Shown: positions 34,077-43,725 of the stretch, piece after piece
Layout of the letters: every line of letters starts with the position of its first letter
Numbering within the stretch: position 1 is the first letter of the stretch
NCBI GenBank assembly: GCA_947372425.1
Contig: CANBTQ010000001.1
Span: 1-48,587, forward strand
DNA from: Comamonadaceae bacterium
GTDB lineage: Bacteria > Pseudomonadota > Gammaproteobacteria > Burkholderiales > Burkholderiaceae_C
Length of the DNA: 48,587 nt
Direction of reading: 5' to 3'
Made by a program: the position numbers and the translations under genes
Notes under the pieces: model-generated
Databases searched by the model: none
What the model was told of the DNA's origin: nothing
What the model saw: the letters and a program-made list of their open reading frames with translations, nothing else

Positions 34077-35366
34077 TCATTCGGTGCCGAATTTGGTCTC
34101 GAAGCGGATCCCGATTTTCTGCAACAGGGGCGTGGGCAGCAAGCCGCCGGCGCAAACAATCACCACATCGTTGGGCAAGGTCTGTTGTTCGCCCTGCGCC
34201 TCGATCAGCACGTCTTTTTCGCGGATTTCCTTCACGCCGGAATTGAGCATGACCCGGATCCGCCCGGCTTTTTCGCCCTGCTCCAGCAGGCTGCGGTTCT
34301 TTTGCTTGACGCGGGAAAAAGCGGCGCTGCGGTAGGACAGCGTGACCGTGCTGCCAGGCTGGTCTGAAATGGCGATCGCGGCTTCCAGCGCGCTGTCGCC
34401 ACCGCCCACCACCAGCACGTGCTGGCCCTTGTACTGTTCGGGGTCGAGCAGGCGGTAGACCACCTTGTGCGATTCCTCGCCGGGCACGTCCAGTTTGCGT
34501 GGCGTGCCGCGCCGGCCCATGGTGAGCAGAACGCTGCGTGCCAGGTAGCCGCCCTTGTTGGTGCGGACCAGGAATCCGTCGTCGGTTTTTTCGATGGATT
34601 CCATGCGCTCCCGGAAGGAAATCTGCAGGCCGGTCTTTTGCACCACATCGTTCCAGAATTCCAACAGCTTTTCCTTCTGCACTTCGCCGAACTTGACGGT
34701 GCCGATGATGTCCAGCACCACCGGCGCCGTCATGGCGATCTTCTGGCGCGGGTAATGGTAGACCGCGCCGCCCAGCGAGTCTTCCTGTTCGATCAGCTTG
34801 TATTTGAGTTTGTGGTGAACCGAGGAGAGACCGGCCGACAGCCCGGCCGGGCCGCAGCCGATGATGACCACGTCAAATTCCGCCGCGCCGCTGGTGCGCT
34901 TGCGTATGGACTGGATGGCCTGGCGGCCCTGCTCGGCAGCCTTGCGGATCAGCCCCATGCCGCCGAGTTCGCCGGCAATGAATATGCCCGGCACATTGGT
35001 TTCAAAATCGACGCTGATATTGGGAATGTCAATGCCGCGCTTCTCGGTTCCGAACACCAGCTTGATGGCGTCAAACGGACAGGCCGCCAGGCAGGCACCG
35101 TGGCCGATGCAGTGCGCCGCATTGATGAGCACGCCCTTGCCGTTGACGATGCCGATGGCGCCCTCCGGGCACACCGTGGTGCAGGAGCCCGAGCCAATGC
35201 ACAGGGCGGGGTCAAAGATGGGGTGCAGCGAGGGTGGCTCGGCCAGCCCGCTTTGAATCGACTCGCGCAGCAGTGACTTGTCGGTCTCCACCTTTTTCAC
35301 GTGGCGCCGCGAGTACAGCACGATGATCGTGATGATGATTGCGGCATACAGGTATAGGTAGTTCAT
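34077..35366 (-). CDS. Membrane-anchored ferredoxin-domain FAD/NAD(P)H oxidoreductase (thioredoxin-reductase-like)
   Basis: N-terminal TM; CIGSGSCTTVCP and CIGHGACLAACP; IIGCGPAG; VVGGGDSA...SYR; no CxxC. Confidence 0.85.
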   Translation of the reverse strand: MNYLYLYAAIIITIIVLYSRRHVKKVETDKSLLRESIQSGLAEPPSLHPIFDPALCIGSGSCTTVCPEGAIGIVNGKGVLINAAHCIGHGACLAACPFDAIKLVFGTEKRGIDIPNISVDFETNVPGIFIAGELGGMGLIRKAAEQGRQAIQSIRKRTSGAAEFDVVIIGCGPAGLSAGLSSVHHKLKYKLIEQEDSLGGAVYHYPRQKIAMTAPVVLDIIGTVKFGEVQKEKLLEFWNDVVQKTGLQISFRERMESIEKTDDGFLVRTNKGGYLARSVLLTMGRRGTPRKLDVPGEESHKVVYRLLDPEQYKGQHVLVVGGGDSALEAAIAISDQPGSTVTLSYRSAAFSRVKQKNRSLLEQGEKAGRIRVMLNSGVKEIREKDVLIEAQGEQQTLPNDVVIVCAGGLLPTPLLQKIGIRFETKFGTE

Positions 35367-35456
35367 GGCTCGGTCCGCAAAAACGGCGGCCCATTTCCCC
35401 TCAGGCCGCACACGCTGGTACAGCCTGCATTATTCCCCATGCGCTTTACGGCATGC

Positions 35457-36698
35457 TTATGGGGCTTGCAGCGCCGCGTCCAGCACCTCGACCCAGTGCC
35501 GTACCGGCGTGGCGGTGCCGCTTTGCAAATGGGTGATGCAGCCGATGTTGGCGCTGATGATGACCTCGGACGCGGCAGGCTGCAGATTACCCAGCTTGCG
35601 GTCCCGCAGCTGGTACGACAGCTCGGGATTGAGCACGGAGTAGGTACCGGCCGAGCCGCAGCACAGGTGCGATTCGTTGCTGGCCAGGCGCACGGCAAAG
35701 CCCAGTGCCGCCAGATGCTGCTCGACGCCACCGCGCAGCTTCTGGCCGTGCTGCAGGGTGCAGGGCGGATGAAATACCAGGCCGGCCCGGGGCGCATCGC
35801 GGAGCTTGTCGCGCAGCGCAGGCACCAGTTCCGGCAGCAGTTCGCTCAGGTCGCGCGTGAGTTCGCTGACACGGGCCGCCTTGGCGGCATACGCCGGGTC
35901 GGCACGCAGGATATGGCCGTATTCCTTGACCGTGACACCGCAGCCCGAGGCGTTCATCACCAGTGCTTCGACACCGCTGCCGCTGCCTGACGCAATCAGC
36001 GGCCACCAGGCGTCGATGTTGGCGCGCATCTGCGCCATGCCGCCGTCCTGGTCATTCAAGTGGAATTTGACGGCACCGCAGCAGCCCGACTTGGGTACCA
36101 CCACGCATTGGATGCCGGCGGCGTCCAGCACCCGGGCTGTAGCGGCATCGATGTTGGGAGCCATGCTGGGCTGGGCGCAACCGGCCAGCATCAGCACCTT
36201 GCGGGCGTGGCTGCGCGTTGGCCAGGTGCCCGCGTCCTGTTTGACCGGCACTTTGGCTTGCAGGCTGGCAGGCAGCAGCGGGCGCACCAGCTGACCGAGC
36301 TTCATGGCAGGAGCAAACAGGGGGGACGGCAGGCCTTCCTTCAAGGCCCAGCGCACGGCCTTCTCACCGGCCGGGCGCGCGACCTTGGCATCCACCAGCT
36401 TGCGGCCTATGTCCACCAGATGCCCGTAGTCGACACCGCTGGGGCAGGTGCTTTCGCAGTTGCGGCAGGTCAGGCAGCGGTCCAGGTGCAGTTGCGTGGC
36501 GCGCGTGGGTTCGGCGCCTTCGAGCACCTGCTTCATCAAATAGATGCGGCCACGCGGACCGTCCAGTTCGTCGCCCAGCAGTTGGTAGGTGGGGCAGGTG
36601 GCGGTACAGAAGCCGCAGTGCACGCATTTGCGCAGGATGGCCTCAGCCGCCAGCCCGTCGGGCGTGCCCTGGTACTCAGGCGCGAGATTGGTTTGCAT
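35457..36698 (-). CDS. glcF: Glycolate oxidase Fe-S subunit
   Basis: CVHCGFCTATCPTY, CLTCRNCESTCPSGV, CCG domains. Confidence 0.95.
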   Translation of the reverse strand: MQTNLAPEYQGTPDGLAAEAILRKCVHCGFCTATCPTYQLLGDELDGPRGRIYLMKQVLEGAEPTRATQLHLDRCLTCRNCESTCPSGVDYGHLVDIGRKLVDAKVARPAGEKAVRWALKEGLPSPLFAPAMKLGQLVRPLLPASLQAKVPVKQDAGTWPTRSHARKVLMLAGCAQPSMAPNIDAATARVLDAAGIQCVVVPKSGCCGAVKFHLNDQDGGMAQMRANIDAWWPLIASGSGSGVEALVMNASGCGVTVKEYGHILRADPAYAAKAARVSELTRDLSELLPELVPALRDKLRDAPRAGLVFHPPCTLQHGQKLRGGVEQHLAALGFAVRLASNESHLCCGSAGTYSVLNPELSYQLRDRKLGNLQPAASEVIISANIGCITHLQSGTATPVRHWVEVLDAALQAP

Positions 36699-37870
36699 CA
36701 GATCAGTCCGGGATTGAAGAGGCCTTGGGGGTCAAAGCTGGCCTTGAGGCGCTGGCTGATGGCGTCCAGGCTTGGGCTGTTGGTCTGCAAGCTGTTGGAT
36801 CTGCCCGCGCCGGTGTTGGCGGCGTTGCCGGCCTGGCCCACAGCATGTGGGTCCACGAAGACAGTGGCGCTGCCACCGGCGGCGTGCGCCAGCGCCTTTA
36901 ATTCAGCGGCCGCACGGGCGGGAGCCCAGAGCCAGCGCAGTCCGCCATGCCACTCCACCAGGGGATGGCCGGGCAGGCGCAGCACCGGCGCGGTCTGCGG
37001 CACGCTGATGCGCCAGAGCACCGCGTCGGCAGGGGGCGGCGCCGTAAAAAAGGGCAGTTGCTGGTTGCGGCACAGGCTCCAATCGGGCGCCGTCTGCGCG
37101 TTGTCCAGGCGCTGGCCCGGCACTTCGGCCAGCATGCGCTGGCATGCCGCCTCCACCGCCGCCATGGCGCCACGCAGGCGCACATACAGGCTGGGTTTGG
37201 CCGGTATGCCGGGAACCGAGTCGTCCATCACCCAGCAACTGGCGTTGAGTGGCAGGGGTTCGCCACCCCAACGGTGCAGATGTTCCAGCGCTTCGGCCTG
37301 CTCCAGTGCGAAGCACAGGGTGGCTTCGGCAGGGGCCACCGGCAGTACTTTGAGTGAGACTTCGGTCAGCAGGCCCAGCGTGCCACGCGCGCCCACCATC
37401 AGACGCGAGACGTCGTAGCCGGCCACGTTTTTCATGACCTGGCCACCAAAAGTGAGGTGCTGGCCCAGACCGTTGATGAGCTTGATGCCCAGCACGTAGT
37501 CGCGCACGCTGCCGACACTGGCGCGAGCCGGGCCGGCCAGACCGGAGGCGACCATGCCGCCCACGGTGGCCGCGGCTGCGCCGGACTGTGACCAGCCGAA
37601 GTGTGGGGGCTCAAATGCCAGGCACTGCCCCTGCTCGGCCAGCAGGGCCTCCAGGTCAGCCAGCGGCGTGCCGCAACCCACGGTGACCACCAGCTCGGTG
37701 GGCTCGTAGCTGATGACGCCACGCAAGCTGCGCGTGTCCAGCAGTTCGCCATGCGAGCGGCCCAGAAAGTCTTTGCTGCCGCCGCCGCGCAGGCACAGCG
37801 GGGTGCCGTCTGCGCGCGCCGCGGCGATGCGGTCGGTGACCGTGCGCAGTGCGTGTTCCATGTTTGCCAT
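36698..37870 (-). CDS. glcE: Glycolate oxidase FAD subunit
   Basis: YEPTELVVT, FGGQVMKNVAGYDVSRL, FDPQGLFNPG; start could be 37861. Confidence 0.93.
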   Translation of the reverse strand: MANMEHALRTVTDRIAAARADGTPLCLRGGGSKDFLGRSHGELLDTRSLRGVISYEPTELVVTVGCGTPLADLEALLAEQGQCLAFEPPHFGWSQSGAAAATVGGMVASGLAGPARASVGSVRDYVLGIKLINGLGQHLTFGGQVMKNVAGYDVSRLMVGARGTLGLLTEVSLKVLPVAPAEATLCFALEQAEALEHLHRWGGEPLPLNASCWVMDDSVPGIPAKPSLYVRLRGAMAAVEAACQRMLAEVPGQRLDNAQTAPDWSLCRNQQLPFFTAPPPADAVLWRISVPQTAPVLRLPGHPLVEWHGGLRWLWAPARAAAELKALAHAAGGSATVFVDPHAVGQAGNAANTGAGRSNSLQTNSPSLDAISQRLKASFDPQGLFNPGLI

Positions 37871-37937
37871 GGCGCCGATGGTACGGGCTGCCTTGGCGGC
37901 AACGCGTGAATTATTTGAACGTCTGCGCGTGAAAAAA

Positions 37938-38861
37938 TTAGTCCACGAAGCAATTCACCGGCAGCCCCGGTGTTTCCACCCGGGTAAAGAACACGGCACC
38001 CGAGTCGGGGAACAGGGCCAGTTCGGCTGCGCTGCGGCCATGGCGGGCGGTGGTGAGGTACAGGGTTTTCAGGTCTTCACCACCGAAGCAGGGCATGGTG
38101 GGACACTGGGCCGGGGTTTCCAGGGCCTGCAACAGGCGGCCGTCGGGCGCAAAGCAGCAGACCTGCCGCCCCTCAAACATGCTGACCCAGTAATTGCCCC
38201 GCACATCCACTGCCGCGCCATCCGGGCGGCCCGGGTAACTGCGATCGGCAAAGGTCCAACCGGCGGGCTTGGCTGCAAACTGCAGGTGGGTGCGGTGCCG
38301 GCTCAGGGCATTGGCAGACGCATCAAAGTCCCAGGCATGGACCACATGGCTGGGCGTATCGGCCCAGTACAGGGTGGTGCCCTGCGGGCTCCAGGCCAGG
38401 CCGTTGGCTGTGAGCGCGTCGCCGGCCTGGCGCTGCACTTGGGCGGCGCCGGCGCGGCAGTCAATCGAAAACAGCTCGGCGGCACGAGCAGCTTTGGGCT
38501 CGTCAATGGTGCCAACCCAGAAGCGGCCCAGCGCATCGCACTTGCCGTCATTGGCACGCACCGTGGCCGTGTCGTAGGGCAAGCAGGTGATCAACTCCAG
38601 CGCGCCGGCCCATTCCCGGGCGCGAAACACGCCGTGGCGCAAGGCAATCACCAATCCGCCCGTTGCAGCCGGAGCGATGCAGCCCGGTTCGCTGGGCATG
38701 TCCCAAGCCTGCACCGTGCCCATGTAAATATTGGACCGCAGGATTTTCTTGCCGGCGATGTCCACCCAGTACAGCATCTGTTCCTGCGGCTGCCAGAACG
38801 GGGATTCGCCCAGTTCGTAGGTGTCCGGTCCCAATTTTTGCCAGGTTGTCGGGCTGCTCAT
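37938..38861 (-). CDS. SMP-30/gluconolactonase family protein
   Basis: LGESPFW, LYWVDI, RANDGKCD..GRFW, NGLAWSP, PDGAAVD, FGGEDLKTLY; GGAG RBS. Confidence 0.92.
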   Translation of the reverse strand: MSSPTTWQKLGPDTYELGESPFWQPQEQMLYWVDIAGKKILRSNIYMGTVQAWDMPSEPGCIAPAATGGLVIALRHGVFRAREWAGALELITCLPYDTATVRANDGKCDALGRFWVGTIDEPKAARAAELFSIDCRAGAAQVQRQAGDALTANGLAWSPQGTTLYWADTPSHVVHAWDFDASANALSRHRTHLQFAAKPAGWTFADRSYPGRPDGAAVDVRGNYWVSMFEGRQVCCFAPDGRLLQALETPAQCPTMPCFGGEDLKTLYLTTARHGRSAAELALFPDSGAVFFTRVETPGLPVNCFVD

Positions 38862-38895
38862 GCGGGTGTCTCCTGCTGAATGGGGGTGGATCGGT

Positions 38896-39762
38896 TCATG
38901 CCAATGGTTGCACCTGGATGCGCATGCGGGCGGCAAAGGTCTCGCCGGGCTGCAGCACACGCGCACCCAGGGACTCTGGCGTTACGCCGGCTTGCTGTGC
39001 CAGGGCCAGGGCGTTGTTGACATGGCTGACCGGCTCGATGGCGATGCTGTCGCGCTGGGGCGTGGTGAATACCACCAGGTGGTCCAGATCCGACGTCAGG
39101 CGCATGCGCAGGCCGGCCTCAATGAGTTCCACCGTGCCGCGCCAGCCGTCAAAGCAGTGGTCAATATCCAGCGCGCTGCAGTCGTTATCCAGTCCGGCAT
39201 TGGCCCGCCGTTGGGTGGGCAGGGTGTCAGCGCCCATCTCCCAGCGGCCTGCGGCGGCAAATGCAATATGCGTCTGTGCGCTCTTGGCAAAGTACGGGTG
39301 CCAGCCCAGGCCCGCAGGGGCAGCGACACCGGCACGGTTGGTGATGGACAGCTGCAGTTCCAGCGCATCGTCGCTCAGGCTGAAGGTCTGGCGGCTGTCA
39401 AAGGCAAAGGGCCAGGCGGCATCGGCCGTGTGGCGGTAGCCCAGCACCGCGTGGGTGGCACTGGCCTCCTCCACTGCCCAGGCGCGTTCCCAACCCACGC
39501 CATGGATGGTGTGCGGCTCGGGAGCGAAGTTCTGCGGCAAGGTGTATTCCTGGTCCGCCCAGTGCAGCTTGCGCCAGCCGATGCGGTTGGAATAGGGCAC
39601 CAGCGGGTAGCTGCCGGATACGCGCACCGACTGCAGTGTGGCGGCGGGGGTGGAGCGCAGCACTTCCTGCTGCCCGAACCACAGTCCGGCCACGCAACCG
39701 CCCAGGGCAGGCTGCAATTCGCAGCGCAGGGCACCGCTCAGGAGAGAAATGGAAGAGGTCAT
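38896..39762 (-). CDS. Aldose 1-epimerase family protein
   Basis: YPLVPYSNRI, HTIHGVGW, GLGWHPYF, IAIEPVSH. Confidence 0.9.
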   Translation of the reverse strand: MTSSISLLSGALRCELQPALGGCVAGLWFGQQEVLRSTPAATLQSVRVSGSYPLVPYSNRIGWRKLHWADQEYTLPQNFAPEPHTIHGVGWERAWAVEEASATHAVLGYRHTADAAWPFAFDSRQTFSLSDDALELQLSITNRAGVAAPAGLGWHPYFAKSAQTHIAFAAAGRWEMGADTLPTQRRANAGLDNDCSALDIDHCFDGWRGTVELIEAGLRMRLTSDLDHLVVFTTPQRDSIAIEPVSHVNNALALAQQAGVTPESLGARVLQPGETFAARMRIQVQPLA

Positions 39763-39836
39763 AGGGCGTAGAGCGTCCAGGTTTGGCACGGCAGCTCGCG
39801 TGGCCATGCTGGCGGATTGTGCATTGCCGAACGCCC

Positions 39837-39886
39837 AAAAAAGAGGCCCGGAGCAACTGAGGGGTTACCAAAGTTGCGCCGGGCCT
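39837..39886 (-). terminator. Intrinsic terminator downstream of amtB
   Basis: Minus-strand stem AGGCCCGG-c-GCAACT / AGTTGC-t-CCGGGCCT followed by CTTTTTT. Confidence 0.65.
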
Positions 39887-39922
39887 GACCACCAGCAGGG
39901 CTGGCGGTAGGGATGCTAGTGC

Positions 39923-41455
39923 TTAGCGACCGTAAGCAGACTCGCCGTGGGACGTGATGTCCAGGCCTTCGCGTTCGTCTTCTTCTGTGACACGCAGACC
40001 GATGGTCTTGTCCACAATGAAGTAGGCAACGAAGGACACGACACCAGACCAGACGATGGTGGTCAGCACAGCCTTGGTCTGGACCCAGACCTGGGCGCTG
40101 ATCGAGTAATCCGCTGCAGTGATGCCGGTAGCCGTCACCCAGTCAGCCACGAAACCGGGGCCGCCCAGGGATGGCGAGTTGAACACGCCGGTCAGGATGG
40201 CACCCAAGATGCCGCACACACCGTGCACGCCGAACACGTCGAGTGTGTCGTCAGCGCCCAGCAGCTTCTTCAGGCCCGTCACGCCCCACAGGCCGGCAAA
40301 ACCGGACAGCAGACCAATGATCAGGGCGCCGCCGATGCCGACGTTGCCGCAAGCGGGGGTGATGGCAACCAGACCGGCCACGGCACCGGATGCAGCACCC
40401 AGCATAGAGGCTTTGCCCTTGTGCAGTGCTTCACCGATAGACCAGGTCAGCACGGCAGCAGCGGTAGCGCCAAAGGTGTTGATGAAGGCCAGAGCCGCGA
40501 AGCCGTTGGCTTCCAGCGCAGAGCCGGCGTTGAAACCGAACCAGCCCACCCACAGCAGCGCAGCGCCAACCATGGTCAATGTCAGGCTGTGAGGAGCCAT
40601 GGATTCTTTGCCGTAACCGACGCGCTTGCCGATGAAGTAGGCACCCACCAAACCAGCCACAGCCGCGTTGATGTGCACCACGGTACCGCCGGCGAAGTCC
40701 AGCGCACCCCATTGCCACATCATGCCGGCAGTGGCGTTGACTTTGTCGACCACTTCTTTGCTGGCGTAAGCGTCCGGGCCGGCCCAGAACCAGACCATGT
40801 GTGCCATGGGCAGGTAGCTGAAGGTGAACCACAGAACCATGAAGGCCAACACGGCGGAGAACTTGATACGTTCGGCAAAGGAACCGACGATCAGGGTACA
40901 GGTGATACCGGCAAACGTAGCCTGGAAGGCAGCGTAGACGATTTCAGGGATGTAGACGCCCTTGCTGAAGGTGGCCGCGTTGGCAAAGGTGCCGGCCGCG
41001 TTGTCCCAGATGCCCTTCATGAAGAGTCGATCCAGACCACCGATGAACTGGTTGCCTTCGGTGAATGCCAGGCTGTAGCCGTAGATGAACCACAGCACCA
41101 CGATCAGCGAGAACGTGACCATGACCTGCATCAGGATGGACAACATGTTCTTGCTGCGCACCAGGCCGCCATAGAACAGCGCCAGGCCAGGGACGGTCAT
41201 CAAGATCACCAGCAGGGTGGAGACCATCATCCAGGCGGTGTCGCCCTTGTTGGGAACGGGGGCAGCGGGGGCCGATGCGTCAGCTGCCGGGGCGGCGGCC
41301 GCAGCGGCAGCGGGTGCAGCCGGGGCCGCAGCGGCAGGCGCTTCGGCCTTGGCTTCAGAGGCCACAGCAGCCGGGGCGGCGGTCTGGGCTGGCGCGAACG
41401 TCGCGGCAGTCAGCAGGCCCAGCCCCAAGGCGAGGGAAACAAGCAGTTTTTTCAT
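39923..41455 (-). CDS. amtB: Ammonium transporter
   Basis: GLALFYGGLVRSKN, LDFAGGTVVHINA, LWVGWFGFNAGS, DDTLDVFGVHG; downstream of P-II gene. Confidence 0.97.
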   Translation of the reverse strand: MKKLLVSLALGLGLLTAATFAPAQTAAPAAVASEAKAEAPAAAAPAAPAAAAAAAPAADASAPAAPVPNKGDTAWMMVSTLLVILMTVPGLALFYGGLVRSKNMLSILMQVMVTFSLIVVLWFIYGYSLAFTEGNQFIGGLDRLFMKGIWDNAAGTFANAATFSKGVYIPEIVYAAFQATFAGITCTLIVGSFAERIKFSAVLAFMVLWFTFSYLPMAHMVWFWAGPDAYASKEVVDKVNATAGMMWQWGALDFAGGTVVHINAAVAGLVGAYFIGKRVGYGKESMAPHSLTLTMVGAALLWVGWFGFNAGSALEANGFAALAFINTFGATAAAVLTWSIGEALHKGKASMLGAASGAVAGLVAITPACGNVGIGGALIIGLLSGFAGLWGVTGLKKLLGADDTLDVFGVHGVCGILGAILTGVFNSPSLGGPGFVADWVTATGITAADYSISAQVWVQTKAVLTTIVWSGVVSFVAYFIVDKTIGLRVTEEDEREGLDITSHGESAYGR

Positions 41456-41488
41456 GATTTTTTTCCTTTATGTAGTGGTCAGAGGCGC

Positions 41489-41836
<348 letters not shown>

Positions 41837-41911
41837 TCAGCTAGATATCAGGGTTGCAGACACCGGGCAGTAGCTGCCGGCTTCTCCAAAAATCAGGAGA
41901 TAGTCTGACTA

Positions 41912-41927
41912 AGCAGGGTCCGTGCCA
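41912..41927 (-). promoter_or_regulatory. Sigma-54 (-24/-12) promoter of glnK-amtB
   Basis: Minus strand reads TGGCACGGACCCTGCT (GG-N10-GC). Confidence 0.75.
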
Positions 41928-41990
41928 ACCCGGTCATACAGGGATGGTGTGCACTTGTGTGCACCGATTGGCGCCAGCTGCGTTATAAAA

Positions 41991-42006
41991 CTGTACAAAT
42001 AATCAG
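41991..42006. promoter_or_regulatory. Possible LexA box upstream of comM
   Basis: CTGTACAAATAATCAG (CTG-N10-CAG, AT-rich core) just after TATAAA. Confidence 0.5.
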
Positions 42007-42008
42007 CT

Positions 42009-42025
42009 CGCACGCAGTTGGTGCA
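42009..42025. promoter_or_regulatory. NtrC-type enhancer site
   Basis: CGCACGCAGTTGGTGCA versus consensus TGCACCA-N3-TGGTGCA, about 85 bp upstream of the sigma-54 promoter. Confidence 0.55.
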
Positions 42026-42075
42026 CGCGTAAACCACGCACTCGATGCATGCGCACTATTTTGGAAATCTCTGAA

Positions 42076-43620
42076 ATGAGCCTATCTTTGGTGCAGAGCC
42101 GCGCTCTGCTGGGTCTGGAAGCCGCGCGAGTCACCGTCGAAGTGCATCTGGCCAATGGCCTGCCGAGCTTTACCTTGGTGGGTCTGGCGGATGTGGAAGT
42201 CAAGGAAGCACGCGAGCGGGTGCGCTGCGCCATCCAGAACTCCGGACTCGAGTTCCCCAACAACAAACGCATTACCGTCAACCTGGCGCCGGCCGACCTG
42301 CCCAAAGACTCCGGACGGCTGGACTTGCCGATTGCACTGGGCATTCTGGCCGCCAGTGGACAGATTGACGGGCAGCGACTGGAGGAGTACGAATTTGCAG
42401 GAGAGCTGTCGCTTTCAGGTGCATTGCGGCCGGTGCGCGGCGCTCTGGCCATGGCCCTTACCCTGGTCGGCACACCGGTGCCAGCCTGCCTGGTGCTGCC
42501 GCCCGGCAGCGCGGAAGAAGCTGCGCTGGTGCCCGATGTGCGCGTATACCGCGCACACCATTTGCTGGACGTGGTGCGCCAGTTTGCCGCCGGCGGCGTC
42601 GAACTGGCAGAACCACCGGAGCCTGCCGCTAACACCTGGTGCCGCCTGGAGCCCACCGCAGTCGTACACCAGGCGGCCCAAGCCGATATGGCCGATGTCA
42701 AGGGACAAGCCACTGCCAAACGGGCCCTTGAGATTGCGGCGGCCGGCGGCCACAGCCTGCTGCTGGTGGGGCCGCCCGGCTCGGGTAAATCGATGCTGGC
42801 CCAGCGTTTTGCCGGCCTGCTACCGGCCATGAGCCCCGAAGAGTGCCTGCAAAGCGCCGCCATCCATTCCTTGAGCGGCCGCTTCAAGTTAGAGCACTGG
42901 GGCCAGCGCCCCACCTGTTCGCCGCACCATTCCGCAAGTGCGGTGGCTCTGGTGGGTGGGGGCTCGCCGCCACGCCCGGGCGAAATCTCGCTGGCGCACC
43001 ATGGCGTGCTGTTTCTGGATGAGTTCCCGGAGTTCAACCGTGCTGCGCTGGAGGCGCTGCGCGAGCCGCTGGAGACCGGAACCATCACCATTGCGCGCGC
43101 CGCGCGCCGTGCCGAGTTTCCGGCGCGCTTTCAATTGATAGCGGCCATGAACCCGTGTCCTTGTGGCTATTTGGGCAGCGCAGCGCACCACTGCCGCTGC
43201 ACGCCGGACCAGATTGCGCGCTACCAGGGCCGGCTGAGCGGGCCATTGATGGACCGGATCGACCTCCATGTAGAAGTTCCAGCACTGCCCGCACGGGATT
43301 TGCTACGGGCTCCGCCCGGCGAATCCAGCGCGGACATGCGAAGCCGCAGCGCCGCCGCACGCCAGCGTGCGCAGTTGCGCCAGGGCAAACCCAACCAGGC
43401 CCTGGCAGGCCAGGAGATTGACCAATACGCCCAACTGGACGCAGCCACCAGTCAGTTTCTACAAACTGCCGCCACACGCCTGGGCTGGTCGGCACGCAGT
43501 GCGCACCGGACGCTGAAAATTGCGCGCACCATTGCCGACCTGGCGGCCAGTGCGACAATTGAACTGGTGCACGCGGCCGAAGCGATGCAATACCGGCAGG
43601 CAGGACAAAGTGCGCTGTGA
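42076..43620 (+). CDS. comM: ComM/YifB family AAA+ ATPase
   Basis: ITVNLAPADLPK, GPPGSGKS, PGEISLAHHGVLFLDE, AAMNPCPCG, SGPLMDRID. Confidence 0.92.
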   Translation: MSLSLVQSRALLGLEAARVTVEVHLANGLPSFTLVGLADVEVKEARERVRCAIQNSGLEFPNNKRITVNLAPADLPKDSGRLDLPIALGILAASGQIDGQRLEEYEFAGELSLSGALRPVRGALAMALTLVGTPVPACLVLPPGSAEEAALVPDVRVYRAHHLLDVVRQFAAGGVELAEPPEPAANTWCRLEPTAVVHQAAQADMADVKGQATAKRALEIAAAGGHSLLLVGPPGSGKSMLAQRFAGLLPAMSPEECLQSAAIHSLSGRFKLEHWGQRPTCSPHHSASAVALVGGGSPPRPGEISLAHHGVLFLDEFPEFNRAALEALREPLETGTITIARAARRAEFPARFQLIAAMNPCPCGYLGSAAHHCRCTPDQIARYQGRLSGPLMDRIDLHVEVPALPARDLLRAPPGESSADMRSRSAAARQRAQLRQGKPNQALAGQEIDQYAQLDAATSQFLQTAATRLGWSARSAHRTLKIARTIADLAASATIELVHAAEAMQYRQAGQSAL

Positions 43621-43725
43621 AACCTTCACCCGAAAAAATCAATACATGGTGCACCACACGCAACCCTGCGCTACGATGGAACTCCATAAAGACAACATGA
43701 GCGCAAAAGGGGCAGGCTTAACACC

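Noticed and set aside
9840-35456. Mobile genomic island carrying the electron-transfer locus
   Set aside because: No integrase, transposase, tRNA or flanking direct repeats seen; horizontal origin cannot be shown from this window.
35457-37870. glcEF without glcD as a broken operon or part of the conduit
   Set aside because: Both genes are intact, glcD may lie elsewhere, and proximity is the only link to the cytochrome locus.
42076-43620. Magnesium chelatase
   Set aside because: Lon-like N-domain plus MCM-like AAA+ and CPCG motif indicate ComM/YifB; no bch/chl genes nearby.
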